A stretch of 64,000 nt of DNA from Candidatus Fermentibacterota bacterium. Lineage in GTDB: Bacteria > Fermentibacterota > Fermentibacteria > Fermentibacterales > JCC-6. The translations under genes and the position numbers were made by a program. The stretch spans positions 384,001-448,000 of the forward strand of contig CAWJQI010000005.1 of the NCBI GenBank assembly GCA_963845085.1, written 5' to 3'. This document shows positions 61,092-64,000 of this stretch, one piece after another. The stretch's first letter is position 1, and each line of letters opens with the position of its first letter. The notes below the pieces were generated by a model. The model did no database searches. It was not told the origin of the DNA and saw nothing but the letters and a program-made list of their open reading frames with translations.

Positions 61092-61627
61092 TCCTCCCTA
61101 CCGGTGCCTTCAAGCTTGATGACCGCGAGGTTCTGGCTGAGAAAACCGGCCTCGGAGCAGCTTGCCATGACCCTCTGGAGCAGAATCGCCGGAATGCCCT
61201 GGTCACCCTGGATGTTGATCTTCATCTCTTCCTCGGTGATGGTACCCCTGACGGTTCTCGCGTATTCCATATGGTCCCTCAGACGGGTGACGAGTGCCGG
61301 TATTGAACCCCCGGTGGAAAGAATGCCGGAATCAACCGAGACAACCGGGTCGCCGTCCACCACGATCACCTGGTTGTTCACCAGGATCTCAAGCTTCAAC
61401 TGTATGCCCTGCTCGGAGTGCGCCTTCGGCAGCGTCAGTGCGTCACTGACAGTGATAAGGGCTCCCTCCGCGGAATAGCTCATGAGAAGGAACACGACCA
61501 GGATGGTGAACATGTCGATCATCGATGTAAGGTTGAGCGTAGCTTTCTTGTCGCCGGCGCGCAATACAGCCTTGGACTTGCCCGATCCGAGGAGAAGTGG
61601 CACGTGCCTTTTCGATGGAGCGCTCAT
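61088..61627 (-). CDS. ExbD/TolR family protein (AglS-like)
   Basis: LNLTSMIDMFTILVVFLL, LPKA, IQGD..IP. Confidence 0.88.
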   Translation of the reverse strand: MSAPSKRHVPLLLGSGKSKAVLRAGDKKATLNLTSMIDMFTILVVFLLMSYSAEGALITVSDALTLPKAHSEQGIQLKLEILVNNQVIVVDGDPVVSVDSGILSTGGSIPALVTRLRDHMEYARTVRGTITEEEMKINIQGDQGIPAILLQRVMASCSEAGFLSQNLAVIKLEGTGREE

Positions 61628-62202
61628 CGCCTGCCCCCCATGGCGCTTGCAACGGATGCGGAGGGAGCGACCTGGAGGCCGGGCTGGTCGAATCCGGCGA
61701 CCGAGGCGATATCAATGGCCTTGATGATGTTTTCGTACCTTGTTTCCTCGACCGTGAGGATGACTATCTTGCGGAAGTCGATCTGCGGATAGCTCTCGGA
61801 GAGGAGTTCGTGAGCCTCCTGCAGCTTGACCGCAAGCGAGTCCCAGTGAAAGCTCGTGACCTGCGTGTCGAAAACGCCGTCACGGTTCGTGTCCCGCTGT
61901 TCCTGGAACGCATAGCTTACGTGCACGGTTCCCGCCGACGTTCCGATGAACATCTCCTGCTCGGTGATAATCACCTTGGGCTGAAGCCTGTCCTCCTCGG
62001 AGCGCATGAGGTTGGCCGTGGCGCCGGCTCCGCCGGAGGTTACGCCTTCGGTGCCGCTCATGGTGATGACCGTCAACTCGAGGAAGCTCGCACTGAGCAG
62101 CAGGAATGGAATGATGCAGCAGAAGAGGTTCATCACCGGAAGCATGTCCAGTTCTGATTCGTGCCTGGTCCGCCTGCTTCTTCCCGACGCCGCCTTGGCC
62201 AT
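61624..62202 (-). CDS. ExbD/TolR family protein (AglQ-like) with Asn at the conserved Asp site
   Basis: ELDMLPVMNLFCCIIPFLLLSASF; TRYENIIKAID. Confidence 0.82.
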   Translation of the reverse strand: MAKAASGRSRRTRHESELDMLPVMNLFCCIIPFLLLSASFLELTVITMSGTEGVTSGGAGATANLMRSEEDRLQPKVIITEQEMFIGTSAGTVHVSYAFQEQRDTNRDGVFDTQVTSFHWDSLAVKLQEAHELLSESYPQIDFRKIVILTVEETRYENIIKAIDIASVAGFDQPGLQVAPSASVASAMGGRR

Positions 62203-63059
62203 CAGTCACCCTTCCTGGCCGCTGCAAGCATGTTCATCACCATGACGCTGTACCTGTCGATCTGATCAACAAGCTTGTCCGCTCTTGATGTGAGGATGGA
62301 GTGCACGATGAGGAGCGGAATGGCGCTGATCAGACCAAAGGCGGTTGTGTTCATGGCCATGGAGATGCCGTTGGCGAGCATGATGCTTTTCTGCTCGGGG
62401 TCGGCTGCGGATACCGCAGCGAACGCGGCGATGAGCCCGAAGATCGTTCCAAGCAGCCCGACCATCGTTGATACGTTGGCAAGCATGGCGAGGTAGCTGA
62501 TCCGGGAGTTCACCCTGGGGAGCTCCGCCAGCGCCATCTCGTCGACCGCGTTCTGGATGTCCCTCTCGGTTCCGCGGTAGTTCCTGAGAGCGGCCTCGAT
62601 GATTCTGGAAAGGGGAGCCTTCTGTCGCGTGGTCTCGGCTATTGCGCCCTCAATGCTTCCCTTGCGGATGAGGTCGGCTATTCTGGCCATGAAGGCCTCG
62701 GGCTTGATCGAGGCGGTTCCGAAGAGGAAGAGGAACCTCTCGACACAGATCACGATACCGACGAAGAAGAAAAGAAGGATGGCCCACATGGCGAAACCAC
62801 CCTCGCGGAAGAACTTGGCAAAATCGCTGAAGAATCCGCCCCTAACATCCTGCTCGGCTTCGTCGCCCTCTTCAGCTTCCGCGACTGCCTCCATGGTGTC
62901 GGGAACGACCTCAGCCGGTTCTTCCATGGTTTCCGGCACAAGGGATGAATCGCCCTCAGCCGCCTGCAGGCTGTCGCCGGAGATGGAGTCTGGGGCCTGG
63001 GCATGTACCTGGACAGGCATGACCATTGCAAGCAAAAGGGCGAACAAGGTAAGGCGCAT
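62202..63059 (-). CDS. MotA/TolQ/ExbB proton-channel protein (AglR-like) with signal peptide
   Basis: GGFAMW..VER, VGLLGTIFGLI.AF, GIS.AMNTTAFGL; ATG at 63059 with GAGGAG RBS. Confidence 0.92.
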   Translation of the reverse strand: MRLTLFALLLAMVMPVQVHAQAPDSISGDSLQAAEGDSSLVPETMEEPAEVVPDTMEAVAEAEEGDEAEQDVRGGFFSDFAKFFREGGFAMWAILLFFFVGIVICVERFLFLFGTASIKPEAFMARIADLIRKGSIEGAIAETTRQKAPLSRIIEAALRNYRGTERDIQNAVDEMALAELPRVNSRISYLAMLANVSTMVGLLGTIFGLIAAFAAVSAADPEQKSIMLANGISMAMNTTAFGLISAIPLLIVHSILTSRADKLVDQIDRYSVMVMNMLAAARKGD

Positions 63060-63083
63060 CTGGATATCTCCTCTCAAGGTGCC

Positions 63084-63527
63084 CTATCGACCAATAAAGT
63101 CGTAGAGCAGGTTACCTATAAGGTCCATTCCGGCCATTACACCAAAGATCAGACCGGACTCTGAATCATCGGTAGCATAGTTGTAAGCGCAAAGCCCGCC
63201 AAGCACCGCCACGGTTCCGTACCTGGCCCACTTGGGAAGGGATTGCCCGCGGGACCCTTCCGTGATGAAACTTGCCTCGGTCGCGAAAGCCCCGGGGTAT
63301 ATCGGTCTGACCACGTCCTCCAGGAAGCTTCTCTCGAGAAGAACGTTGCTCAGGTTCGGGGTGGATTTCAGCATCAGGAACAGGGCCTGGGGGGTTCTCA
63401 ATTCACCGAGGATTGTGATCTCCTCGAGGATGAGCCTGCCGCCCTCAAGCCTTGCGCCGCCCGGCTGAGGCTGCTGCGCCATAACGGAAAGGGCGGCCGA
63501 TACGATAATCATGACTGCCAGCCTCAC
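63084..63527 (-). CDS. GltF/CglF-like small exported protein
   Basis: Signal peptide then EEITILGELRTPQ..ERSFLEDV, resembling the GltF IxGxxxxP..RxxF motif; operon context. Confidence 0.6.
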   Translation of the reverse strand: MRLAVMIIVSAALSVMAQQPQPGGARLEGGRLILEEITILGELRTPQALFLMLKSTPNLSNVLLERSFLEDVVRPIYPGAFATEASFITEGSRGQSLPKWARYGTVAVLGGLCAYNYATDDSESGLIFGVMAGMDLIGNLLYDFIGR

Positions 63528-64000
63528 TGCGAATCACCGCCTTCCGGCTGCTCTGTCGTTTCCGGCACGGGCTCGGGTGTGGGTTCAGGTGCGGGACCAT
63601 ACCCGGGAAGCCCGAGTGCGGCAACACTGCCCGGAGAAAGCATCTCGAGGTTCCTTGCGGAACGCTCCACCCATTCATTGGTGACACCGGCCGAAACAGC
63701 CTTCTGGATTGCCGTCGTGTAAACGTTGATGGCGTTCTGCATGTTGGGCTCGTAAATCTGCGTGTAGAGCTGGCTGTAGAATTCGTCGACCGCCGCCTCG
63801 TCGAGACCCGCAGGCGGGTCCATGAAGGCGATGGCGTTGGCGTAGTCCTCGAACAATTCCCCCGCCCTTGCGCACGATGCCATGAACCAGGTGTCGACAT
63901 TGTAGGTAAGCGACTTCGCATACCAGTTCTCGACCTCGACCTTGAGCTGGGTTTTCTGGGTGGCGGATTCCGTGCTTACAACGGCCACGGCGTCGTAGTT
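63524..64000 (-). CDS. C-terminal part of a GltD/AgmU-like TPR protein (runs off the window)
   Basis: PPAGLD..FYSQL..P..AINVY..A..NEWVERS..L..LSP resembles the GltD C-terminus; frame open to the window edge. Confidence 0.65.
   Translation of the reverse strand, partial: NYDAVAVVSTESATQKTQLKVEVENWYAKSLTYNVDTWFMASCARAGELFEDYANAIAFMDPPAGLDEAAVDEFYSQLYTQIYEPNMQNAINVYTTAIQKAVSAGVTNEWVERSARNLEMLSPGSVAALGLPGYGPAPEPTPEPVPETTEQPEGGDSQ

Overview
GC-rich (roughly 60% by eye), gene-dense chromosomal window from an anaerobic, diderm bacterium. It carries lptD, hldA/hldC and a TolQ/ExbB-type motor, and the gene content suggests the FCB group or a related lineage such as Fermentibacterota (inference only). 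I found no mobile elements, CRISPR arrays, rRNA or tRNA. Main blocks: the [FeFe]-hydrogenase maturases hydG-hydF-hydE coupled to a rubrerythrin-like gene and a 5'-nucleotidase; a probable Na+-pumping pyrophosphatase; an envelope cluster (rpoZ, tandem parvulin lipoprotein, LpoA-like lipoprotein, ROK, lptD, hup, glycosyltransferases); trxA-trxB-PDO; rseC-tldD-tldE; sugar-transfer genes; pdxST; hutH; groES-groEL; zupT. At the right edge is a tightly coupled operon resembling the Agl-Glt core of the myxobacterial gliding machinery (gltD-like, gltF-like, aglR, two ExbD/TolR genes, gltG-like), in which one ExbD subunit has Asn at the canonical proton-accepting Asp. Exported proteins also look strongly enriched for the Bacteroidetes-type O-glycosylation sequon D-(S/T)-(A/I/L/V/M/T), and the window holds two GT-C-fold membrane glycosyltransferase candidates. 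Two transporter genes are broken by apparent 1-nt losses in G runs, which may be sequencing error or real. All family calls come from motif recognition, not database searches.
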